Below, piece by piece: positions 47,298-58,479 of a DNA stretch of 64,000 bases (its first letter is position 1; the number at the start of each line of letters is the position of its first letter). This DNA is from Mytilus trossulus (Eukaryota): contig NC_086380.1 of assembly GCF_036588685.1 (NCBI RefSeq), positions 19,902,001 to 19,966,000 on the forward strand, written 5' to 3'. Below the pieces are notes generated by a model. It was given only the letters and a program-made list of their open reading frames with translations. It ran no database searches and was not told where the DNA came from. Both the position numbers and the translations under genes were made by a program.

Positions 47298-47850
47298 CCC
47301 CTGTACAATATCTGTTAAACCATTACGGGTGGCTGTCAATAGCGGATTGTCATCATCATTCATCTGTGCATCTATGTCCGCGTTATATTCAATTAATAAA
47401 CGAACATCAGAATGATTTTCCTGACAGGCAATTCTAAGAGGTGTTCCTCTGGCAATTCTTACTCAAATTAACGTTTGCTTTCTTTTTCAATAACATTCTA
47501 ACAATGTCTTTGTGACCATCTTGCGCTGCCATGAAAACCGGAGTTACTCCACTGGCTTTGATCACATTGCCATTTCCATTGTCATCCAACAGCCACTCCA
47601 TTATATCAAAATAACCACCCGACATGACTTTATAATAGGAATATAACCTAACCACACCACTATATCAAAATAACCACCACGACATGACTTTATATTAGGA
47701 GTATAACTTATATATATCATAATAACATGACTTTATAAGAGAAGTATTGTCTGCTGCAAAGTCTTCTCTTTCATTATCCCTCTTATTGGCAAGATCATTT
47801 GTTGAGTTTCATCAAGTTGGTTAAGATAATGCAATACTTCTTGTCTATTG
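47298..47850 (-). pseudogene. Disrupted fragment of the STAND-ankyrin gene
   Basis: Colinear with ~58965-59415 (GGYFDIMEWLLDDNG..GVTPVFMAAQDGHKDIVRMLLKKKANVNLSKN), with frameshifts, stops and an internal triplication of CATGACTTTAT. Confidence 0.85.
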
Positions 47851-49135
47851 TCAACAAACGTTTCTGGTTTATTCAGTTATAATCTAATTTTGGATGTAGC
47901 GCGTTTTTTTGATTGGATGGCGTTGTTTTGTTTATCAGCCCCTAGACATAATTAAGTCATGTGACTGTCTTCAACGTTATTTCCATGGTTTACTCCAGTT
48001 GAAAATGGAATTTAGAATTAAATTACAAGAATAACTGTAACATTTTATCTGTTTATTAGAAATATCATTAAAAAAATGTGTGCACACTTTAGAATAACCC
48101 GCATAGCAGTGTGCATCACATTTTTTATTTTATTTCTACATAGACAAAATAAATATTACAGTTATTCCATTAACATTAAGTTTTTATTTCCTGTATCAAG
48201 AAATGTCATTTTTTTATTCCACGATGTATTTATACTTGAACACTTGGGGGGCAAGACGAAGGAAAAATAGATTCGTGTTTCTGATAGGATCAGCTGATTT
48301 GTTTTAAATGCAACGATCAAAATGCTGTAACAATGGAAAAGTTATTAGGAATAATGATGCCTCCCGTATCCTATTATACGGGTTGTTCGGTACTTTATGT
48401 TTAGATTCATTATAGAAATTATTATGAAAGTGAAACATCTTACCATGTGCATGGTGTACATATTGATTAAGTTAAGTACGTGTAGTTTGGTAGTAGAATT
48501 GTTTCAACCTGTCTGATGTCATCAGCAGTAGGTCACACAGAATTCATTTAATAACATTAAATCAATTATTGTTGTTTTAGAATATTTATTAATTTTCTCA
48601 ACAACAACATTTAATATGTCGTTCTACTTCTTAATCTGTTAATTTCACAAAAAAAACAGCACACAAAACTTTCTAGTTACTGACAAGAAAGGAACACAAC
48701 ACATAAATACGATATCAATCTCTAGGAAAGCTTATATTCCTAAGTTTACGAAACACCAAGAACGATCTCATCCAAGGCAAAGATTATCTTAGCTGCATAA
48801 TTTTTTGGAAAAAAAAACTTTTCGAGATTTTGGGTCCTCAATGCTTCTCAATTTGATACTTGTTTGGCTTTTAAAAAAGCGTCACTTATGAGTATTAGGA
48901 AGACGGCACGTGCGTCTGGCGTATTGTTTAAGCCCTGTACCTTTGAAAATTATTAACATATCAAATCACCAGATACGACACTTAGACTGAGTGAACAGAT
49001 TTTAAAGGTAAGGTTCAATAGTATTTGTTTAATATTTTGTTCTTAAAAAAAGCATTTTGAAGAATGATTGGCAATGAAATAATTTTCACCTTAAACTAAA
49101 TGACATAGAAAATAGCGGTATATTAAGTCGATGTG
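47750..49135. repeat. Segmental duplication block, paralogous to 55543-57320
   Basis: Colinear high similarity from TCTGCTGCAAAGTCTTC to TTAAGTCGAT. The second copy has an extra 381-bp insertion. Confidence 0.85.
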
Positions 49136-50391
49136 TGACCTTAATTTTGTTCTAGGAAGTTTTTGTGAGGGATATCATCATATTTTTTTCTAGTTATTAA
49201 TGATTACATCTTGATTAAGATACAAGCATTGAAACTAATCATGATAATTATTTAACTTTACTCCACATATTTGACCACACAGTGAAACCAATTCTAAATT
49301 ATATAAGTGAAATTCGGGGCGCTTTAGATTTAAAGAAGTAAACTGACAAAAGAGATTGTTTATTTTGAAAAAAATATGCAAAACACTGCAAACTGACTCA
49401 GTTCGTTCACAAATCCGTACATGTTCACTGGGAGTAAGAAAGAGAAGCTCAAATACGGCAGTGATAGGTGAGTGAAGGCGATATTTATTATTCATTCAAA
49501 CTATAGTTAATATGTTTTTCATCCCTATCACGTTTAACAAATACAAATGATTGCCTAAAACTATCCTTATATCAAAAACCTTATCAATCCATAGTAAGAA
49601 CCGTTGGTATTATTCTATCAGTTCATAACTAAATACTCAGACATACATTTATCACAAGTTTGTAATATGAAATCAATCTTGAAAAGATCTATTTGAAACA
49701 TTCTAAAATTAAAGTATAAAACTTTACAAAAAAAACAAACAGTTTCAAAATGTATCTTTCTATAGGCCATTTGAATCTGAGAATTCTGATGACAAAATTC
49801 AGAATAAGTTATCATAATCTAATGTTACATCCCTTTAAATGTCCTTTATCATCAACGGTTAAGATACACCAAACGTGTTCTATTTGTTCTCATTAGATCT
49901 AGACAAAAATTTCATAAAAAAAAGAATGATTCAGGTATAACTTTTAGCTTTGTGTATTTTAAAACAATATTTAAAGATGTACTAAATGAAGTTACCTGCT
50001 GGGTTTGTTGACTACGTAATACAATATACAAGCTTTTTTTAACATTTTTTTGTTTAACATGTTTAAACAAACGGTAAAATATGTAAATTAGAATCAATAA
50101 TTGAAGGTGTAATAAGTAAGGTAAATATTACATTGATTAACTTTCTTTTTTATACAAACTTCTCATGTAATTTCAATACAGTGTTTCGCAACCTATGCGT
50201 ACTTTGTCTATTTTTTTTGTTTGATATATCTTCAAATGATCATTTACAAAATGTTAAACAAAGTGGTTTAACGACCAAAATTTTAAAATACACTGCAAAC
50301 ATGAATGGTGTGTAAGATTTTTTTATTGATTGTTCGTGGCTTTTAACTAGCTGACAGTCACTGCAAGTACTCTTAGATCTGTACTGAGTGT

Positions 50392-52330
50392 TTTTGTTGA
50401 GCCGTCGCTTTTATTCGAAAAAGCGAGAAATAGCAATCCCGCATAACGTTGTCGTCGACGGTGTCAAGAAATAATCACTCTGTGGTTAAAGTTTTTTGAA
50501 ATTTAATTACCTTTTCAACCAGACTTGGGGTAATTGTAATGTAATCGTTAATCAGCTGTAATTGATTACATTTTCCCATGTAATAATTGTAATCATTAAT
50601 CAGCCAAAAATCTGATTACATGTAATTTAATTTAATCAATTACTTTTTAAAATGCCCTGTAATCATGATTACTTTATGATTACATTCTGATTACAATGAA
50701 AAAAATCTTGAACTGTGTGTTTATGGTTAATAAATGAACCTTTTTGTTCTTCTTATTGAATGATATTCAACAAGTTAAGATAGTTCCGTTTACTATTTAA
50801 AGCATGTTTATAATTGATTTGTATACACCAGTAAAAAAATAAAATGTTACAGTATTTAAAAGCAATCATTAGCCTAAGAAGAGACATGTCATACAATTGT
50901 ATATATCTAGAAAAAGAAGATATTGTACACATATTTACAATTTAAAGATGTACATATATATTTGGTTAAAAATTATTATATTTAAGTAGTATTATACTTT
51001 TCTTTAACTCTGAATTATAATCTTTTGTTAATATTGTGATTTTTGTCAACTCTGAATTGACAGGTAGGAAACCAATTAAGGTTTGTTTTCATTACAATTA
51101 CCATTTGAGTATACATAAAGTAGCTGTAGGACAATACATATGATAAAAGATTAATTAGACATGTGAAAATTTATCTAATTAGCACAAACTAAATTAAAAG
51201 TTGGACAAATATCTTGCTTAAAATAAGTAGATTTTAGTATGTACTTGGACTGGACATGTAAAATGCATTGATTTATAGTATTGTATTTTGTTAACAATTT
51301 GTTTAAACAATTCTTTTAAAATTTTACATAGTTTTTATCTGGTAACTTTATGTCATCCATATTTTACCTTTCATACACTGCACCTTGAAATACATACAAA
51401 GTCTGGAAGAGGTCAGAAGACAAACAGCAAACTCTTTTTCAATTCAATCCAGATTCAATTTCAGTCAAAATAATTGAGAGATAAATTAATTTATGATAAA
51501 GTGTAATGGGTGAAACAATGTTCATGTATGTATGTAGTGAACTTTTGTGGTTTATTAAATAGATGAAGTTTGAGGTTGTCATTTTATAATATACTAAACA
51601 AAATTCTTTTGAAAAAGTGCTATAGTTATATATTAAACGTTAATTCATTCACATCATTCAAAAAGTGTTTGTTTTTTTTTTATTCATTGTAATCAGATGT
51701 AATCACGATTACTTTGCCAATGTAATCATTAATTTAATCAGACACTTTCAGAAATGATGTAATCGTTAATTTAATTTAATCGTACAAATGACAAAGTAAT
51801 TGTTATTTAATCAATTACATTGAAAGTAATCGGACCCATCTCTGTTTTCAACCTATCCTGCATTTGTACCAATTTTAAAAGAGAAGCAGCTTCTTTATGA
51901 TCATACGATAGTACCCAGAAATAAATTTTGTAGAAATACAATTTCGATATTTTCGTAATTTACTTGAAAATTGGACTTTTTGACAGGAAACAATACATTC
52001 ACTCTGTAACTAATTAAATGTGTCAATACTTTCTTATATTATTCTTGATTTGTACCAGAGCTTGTTTATGATGATCAAAATCTAGTATCTGTTTCTGTTT
52101 ATCGGTATTTTACTTCCAGATAGACTTCGTTTTCTTCAGATTACATTACATACAGTATGCAGTTAAAGTTTTTAAAACATTCATTAGATTCATAAATAAC
52201 CTGGATTTTAACCAAACTTGGACAGAAGCTCCTTACAAACAAACGATAGTATCTAGAGGCATATTTTTATTGAATTGTTCCTCATTTTTGTTCAACCTGC
52301 GGTTAACACCAAAAGTAGGCGAAACACTGA
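50392..52330 (+). mobile_element. Degenerate HINE (905-1975 family, opposite orientation) hosting a hAT element
   Basis: Starts TTTTGTTGAGCCGTCG..TTCGAAAAAGCGAG and ends AAAAGTAGGCGAAACACTG. Reverse-complement similarity to 905-1975. Confidence 0.65.
50520..51844. mobile_element. Non-autonomous hAT element
   Basis: 8-bp TSD TTTTCAAC (50512-50519, 51845-51852). Imperfect TIR CAGACTTGGG / CAGAGATGGG. Subterminal GTAATC/GATTAC clusters at both ends. Confidence 0.8.
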
Positions 52331-52929
52331 AATCTTTGATTAATTTGGTTATTATATTAAACAGACACAGAAACTAACAACGATAGGTTACCGTACGGCC
52401 GTCAAAAATGAGCAAAGCCAATCCCGTATAGTTAGCTATAAAAGGACCAAAAATGACACATGAAAATAATCTTAAAGCTGTTGAAATTGAAAAGTTTGTT
52501 CATTACGCGCAGAAATTTAGTATGTATAAACGTTCAGTTAATATCAACCACCAATTCAGTCACTTTTTCAAAAAACAACATTGAAACTTTGACAGAAATC
52601 AAAATATTAATTTACCACAAAAACTGACTCGACAGCTGCTTCATTTGTTATGTCTTTAACAGGTGAATATATATATTAGATTGTTATATGCATATTGTTT
52701 TCAGTTATAAATCGAGATATGTAAGTTAAATTGTCATTTATCATATCTCGCATTATTTCATCGTTTAACTGGGATCGTCATCACCAGTTACGATTATCAG
52801 TTTAACACTAGTGGTCAACGTTTTTTAATTATACAATTATCTTCACGCGAGAACAGGGTGAATGGATTACTGTTTGTTATAAAAAATGTCTTTTAAAAAG
52901 TGAGTGAAAGCAGGTGGTTTTTTTTTACA

Positions 52930-54992
52930 ATGGGCGATTATCCTACGAGATCGTTTTTATGGATTTAAAAAACTTGTTTTATATCATGTCTTTTACTTTC
53001 GACTATTTACATATTTTTATACAAGAAAAGTATAAATCTTCACATAGGAAGCAATATTTCTTTAGATTTTTCAACTAAAAAGTATATAGGATCGGACATT
53101 AATAGTTTTTTTTACGAGCAATAATAGATTCGAAGGGAGTACAGAAAGTTAATATTACACCAAACATTTTAAGCAGACTCTATTATGGATTTATTGAAAA
53201 CAATCAGTCAGCAAAGCAAGAGTCTTGGAAATTTCTTGTAGATTCCGAAAATTGCAAAATTCCTGACCTGGATCCATTCGATGAAAAAATTAAAGATTTG
53301 TTGATACTTCATCCTAAACCTTTCCAGTGCGATAATAGTGATCTTATAACTTATATTCAAAATGACACGTTATTTCTCAATTTGACGAAGAAAGCACGAA
53401 AACGTGTATCATACTGCCGATTCAAACCGATTTATTTTAACAGCATAATTGGTAAGGCAAGTGAACCATTTATATATTTCATTGATATAGAAGATGAATT
53501 TTTAAAGGTGGAATGTTTTAATCATTCTGGTGATTTAGTTGTTGAAAACTTCCACATAAAGTTTAAACAAAAAACTCCAACATTGTACGAAGCAAACAAC
53601 AAGAGTAAAATTTACAAAGAGAATAATAAAAATGATACAGAGTCAACGACGGAGACTATGTATTCTAAACGACAGTCGGTGACCGACAAGAAAATGGATT
53701 TTACAATAACTGATCGCTTGAATATAATGTTGATAATGATAGATTCAACATCGCGTATTAATTCTTTACGATATTTCACCAATACCCGTCATTATCTGAC
53801 GGAGACATTGGGAGCAGTGGAGATGTTAGGATACAACAAACTAGCAGACAATACAATGGTCAACTTGGTCCCATTTCTGACTGGAGAATTTGCAAAAAAT
53901 CTGACATGTTTAAAGAGTCACAAAGGAGTAGACAATTGTTCTTTTATCTGGCAAAAATATTCACAAAATGGATATTTAACACACTTTTGTGAAGACATGA
54001 CATTTGCAGGAACATTTCACTATACACTTCATGGATTTAAAGAGCAACCTACAGATTATTACGACAGACCGTTTTACTATCATTACGAAAAGCCCTCTAT
54101 CAATTCGGCAGATACATGCTTTCATGGAAAATCAGTGTCTGAAACTCTGTATAAAAGAATGTATGACCTGGCTTACAATCTGAGAAACGAGCGCTACTTT
54201 TCCTTTAATATTCACTCACGAAATACACATTCTTATCTCGACGGTCTTGCAGGTATCGACAATTTGACACTTGACACAATATCAAAATTATATGAGAATA
54301 ATTTGCTTAATAACACTTTCATGGCTTTGTTTGGTGAACATGGTTTGCGTTTTGGGAAAGTTGGAAAGACTTTTATTGGTCATTTGGAAGAAAGGTTGCC
54401 TATGATGTTTCTATACTTACCTGAATGGTTCAGAAACAAATATAGTAACCACGTGACCAATTTAAAGACAAATTCTAGACGTCTAACGACCCACTTCGAT
54501 ATGTTTTACACTCTATTAGATTTGTTAAACTTGGATAAGCAGGGACCGGTCAAGAGAGGAATTTCCCTCTTTCGTGAGATTCCACGTGACAGGACATGTG
54601 GTGATGCTTATATAGAACAACATTGGTGCACGTGTAATTACCATCTTACCGTAATGGATAATGATACAGTTAAGAACACATTATCAAACATTTTGATAAA
54701 ACATCTCAATTCTTTGTTGGCAGATTATGATAAGGAGACAAAATGTTCCAAATTGACTTTAGTTTCTGAAGTTTCGTCTGTAGCAGTAACATCAAAATCA
54801 GGAAAAGATAAGGATCACAGAATTGTTATTAAAACAGAACCAGGGAACGGAGTATTTGAAGCCACACTAAGATATCAATCTACTTCCGGTTTATATCATG
54901 TGAAAGGAGATATTATTAGACTTAGTAAGTATGGCCACAATTCAAAATGCGTTACAGGGAAAACCTTACGAAAAATATGTTTTTGTATTTAA
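52930..54992 (+). pseudogene. DUF229-family copy B: N-terminus disrupted, C-terminal ~565 codons open
   Basis: ATG 52930 corresponds to the copy A start. TAA at 52966-52968 and a 1-nt deletion in the T run at 53106-53113. The remainder is highly similar to copy A, but DHG is changed to EHG (54336-54338). Confidence 0.75.
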
Positions 54993-55389
54993 GAGGATGT
55001 CAATGGAAAAACCAGGCAGTGGATGGCACATGACATATTTTGTTTTTAAAATTTTTTCATCTATTTCATATCATAAATTAATTCTTTCTCAAAGTTGAAT
55101 TTTGTTTTTCTATCAACTGCAACAAATAAAGAGAAAAAAGTATATAGAAAGCATTGAAAATTCATTGAAAAGGGGAGATAACTCTTCTTCTTGTACAAAA
55201 TTTTGTTGCATTGTTAGTGAACTTTAAAATCATTTTCTGAGCCTTCCACAGTTGATTCAGAAATATCATTGACATATATAGCCTTTGTATGATATTAACA
55301 TTGCATCGGAACCAAAAATTCAGTGGGAAATAAATTATGATGTGCCACCTATATCATAGGATTTGCCTGATATTTACTTGGACAGCCTC
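54993..55389. mobile_element. MITE with TTAA TSD and GAGG..CCTC ends (Sola/Kolobok-like)
   Basis: TTAA-GAGGATGTC...GACAGCCTC-TTAA. Absent at the equivalent site after copy A. Confidence 0.75.
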
Positions 55390-55542
55390 TTAATAAGATG
55401 ATATTCCAATGATATTTTTTTATTGTCTACAACAAAAATAAAGGTAGTGTGGTAGGTTGTCGAAATTTATACATTATAAGAAAACATTTAAGAATCGAAA
55501 ATGCGTGTTTTCATTCACAGATATTAATATGAATAGAAAAAT

Positions 55543-57320
55543 CTGCTGCAAAGTCTTCCCTTTCATTATCCCTCTTATTGGCAAGATCATTTGTTGAGTT
55601 TCATCAAGTTGGTTAAGATAATGCAATACTTGTTGTCTATTGTCATTAAAGTTTAACGTTTCTGGTTTATTCAGTTATAATTCAATTTTGAATGTAGCGC
55701 GTCTTTTGATTGGATGACGTTGTTTTGTTTATCAGCCCCTAGACATAATTAAGTCATGTGACCGTGACGTCTTCAACGTTATTTTCATGGTTTACTACAG
55801 CTGAAAATGAAATTTAAAATTAAATTAGAAGAAATAACTATAACACATTTTATCTGTTTATTAGAAATATTATTAAAAAATTGGTACACACTTTAGAATA
55901 ACCTGCTACGCGGGTTAGTCAGTGTGCATCACATTTTTTTTATTTCTACATAGACAAAAGAAATATTACAGTTATTCCATAAATAATAAGTTTTTATTTC
56001 CTTTATCAAGAAATGTCATTTTTTTTTATTCCATGATTTTTTTATACTTGAACATTTGGGGGGCAAGACGAAGGAAAAATAATAATAAGAGTTTCTGATA
56101 GGATCAGCTGATTTGTTTTAAATGCAACGATGACAATACTGCAAAAAGGGAAAAGTTATTAGGAACCATGAGGCCTCCCGTATCCTGGCATACGGGTTGT
56201 TCTGTACTTTATGTTTAGATTCGTTATAGAAATTATTACGAAAGTGAAACATCTTGCCCTGTACGTGGTGAACATATTGATTTAGTTAAGTACGTGTAGT
56301 TTGGTAGAATTGTTTCAACCTGTCTGATGTCATCAGCAGTAGGTCACACATAATTCATTTACTAACATTAAATCAATTATTGTTGTTTTAGTATCTTTAT
56401 TAATTTTCTCAACAAATACATTTAATATATCGTTTTACTACTAAATCTGTTAATTTCACAAAAAAACAGCACACAGGACTTTCTAGATATTGCCAAGAAA
56501 AGAACACAACACAGAAATACGATATCAATCTCTAGGAAAGCTTATATTCCTAAGTTTACGAAATACCAAGAATTTTCTTAACCAAGGCAAAGATAACCTA
56601 AGCTGCATAATGTTTTGGAAAAAACACTTTTCGGGATTTTGGGTCCTTAATGCTTCTCAATAGATAACTTTCGAGTTCGATGCATTTCCGTCAAAAACTC
56701 TGGTTTTAGTGAACGTCAGTTGTGCGTTTGGGGGCTTTGTCACTTCCGTTCCAATGTTGAGCGAGTGGTTGGAAAACTATAATTCTATATTGTACAAATT
56801 ATACGGCAAATTAAATTCTCAAAAATGACAATCAGTACTGCTGTCATTACGGAATTTTCATTAAGTACCTACAGAACAACAATTATTTATAGTTTATCCT
56901 GCACAATGACGATCACTAAGACGCTTGGTGAACATTAATAGTGCAGGGATACAGGCGACCCCCTCTATCTGGTAAATGTCGTCATAAAGGCGTGTATAAT
57001 TGACGAGTTTTTTCTGGTGACGGATGAACTCGAAAGTGGTCTATTTGATACTTGTTTCGCTTTTAAAAAAATTCTAACTGATGAGTATTAGGAAGACGGC
57101 ACGTCTGGCGTATTGTATATATAAGCCCTGTTCCTTTGAAAACTATTACCATATCAAATTACCAGATACGACACTAAGACAGAGGGATTTTAAAGGTAAG
57201 GTTCAATAGTATTTGTTTAATATTTTGTTCTTAAAAAATAGCACTATGAAGAATGATTAGCAATGAAATAAATTGACACCTTCAACTAAATGCCACAGAA
57301 AATAGCCGGTTTAAGTCGAT
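55543..57320. repeat. Segmental duplication block (paralog of 47750-49135) beginning with a ~100-bp STAND-ankyrin remnant
   Basis: 55543-55640 matches 59317-59410. The rest is colinear with 47850-49135. Confidence 0.85.
56662..57042. mobile_element. MITE with 2-bp AT TSD (ISL2EU/PHIS-like)
   Basis: TIR AGATAACTTTCGAGTTC / GAACTCGAAAGTGGTCT. The empty site CTCA-AT-TTGA is visible in the paralog at ~48847-48856. Confidence 0.75.
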
Positions 57321-57631
57321 CTAAAACCCTAAAAAATTGAAAGTGAGCTCATGCCAATAGATATAAACAATTAAACAAAGTTTAATGCCAATTGGTTGAA
57401 GCGTTGTTGAGTTATTGTCCTACGACGTGTTGACGACGGACGGACAACGGTATACCATAATACTTTCCATTAACGGGCGTATACAAATAAGTAGTTACGT
57501 CTGCTGAAGACAAAATCAACAAGCTCTGACACTTTCGACCACATATAATGTCATTGTCTACGTCATTTTTGGAATTTTGGATCCTCAATGCTCTTCAACC
57601 TTGTACTTGTTTGGGTTTATAAATATTTTTT

Positions 57632-57689
57632 ATTTGAGCGTCACTGATGAGTCTTATGTCGACGAAACGCGCGTCTGGCATACTAAATT
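57632..57689 (+). ncRNA. Type I hammerhead ribozyme 1
   Basis: gtca-CTGATGA-gtc ttatgtc gac-GAAA-c gcgc g-TC^tggc. Predicted cleavage after 57675. Palindromic minimal stem III ACGCGCGT. Confidence 0.88.
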
Positions 57690-57987
57690 AAAATCCTGGT
57701 ACCTTTGATAACTATTTACACCACTGGGTCGATGCCACTGCTGGTGGACGTTTCGTCCCCGAGGGTATCACCAGTCCAGTAGTCAACACTTCGGTGTTGA
57801 CATGAATATCAATAATGTGGTCATTTTTATTAATTTCCTGTATACAAAACTTTTAACTTTTTGAAAAACTTAGGATTTTCTTATCCCAGGCGTAGATTAC
57901 CTTAGCCGTATTTGGCACAACTTTTTGGAATTTTGGATCCTCAATGCTCTTCAACTTTGTACTTGTTTGGGTTTATAAATATTTATT

Positions 57988-58045
57988 ATTTGAGCGTCAC
58001 TGATGAGTCTTATGTAGACGAAACGCGTGTCTGGCGTACTAAATT
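57988..58045 (+). ncRNA. Type I hammerhead ribozyme 2
   Basis: gcgtca-CTGATGA-gtct tatgt agac-GAAA-c gcgt g-TC^tggcgt. Predicted cleavage after 58031. Confidence 0.88.
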
Positions 58046-58479
58046 AAAATTCTGGTACCTTTGATAACTATTCACATGTAGAAACAAAATATTAATTTTG
58101 ACAAATTGTTTATTCAAATTTTAATAGTTTTGACTTCAAACGACATTGGCCACATGCATAGTCCACCATATTTGGTTTTGTTAGAATGTATATCTGGCCC
58201 ATCTAATTTTTTTTTTAAATTTTCCCCGGTGTGGTCAATGGTCAATCTGGCAAAACCACTTGAAACTTTATATAATTTTGAAGCTATTTTAAACATCTTT
58301 AAAAAACAATGGATAGAAAAAAATCAAATTTATCTAAATTTGCATATTGAATATTGTGAATATTGGTATCTGCATATGATATTACATAGTTCGATTTGAA
58401 TTTCGATAAATGTGCTAACTATGGCCTTCGTAGACCTTCTTCCTCGTGTTGATTAAGTCGTTAAAGTAAAAAAAAAATA

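Larger units (their letters stand above)
57566..58072 (+). mobile_element. Non-LTR retrozyme (hammerhead-flanked non-coding retroelement), 356-bp unit, ~1.4 copies
   Basis: 57566-57716 is directly repeated at 57922-58072 (offset 356), and each repeat contains a complete hammerhead core. No ORF. Confidence 0.88.
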
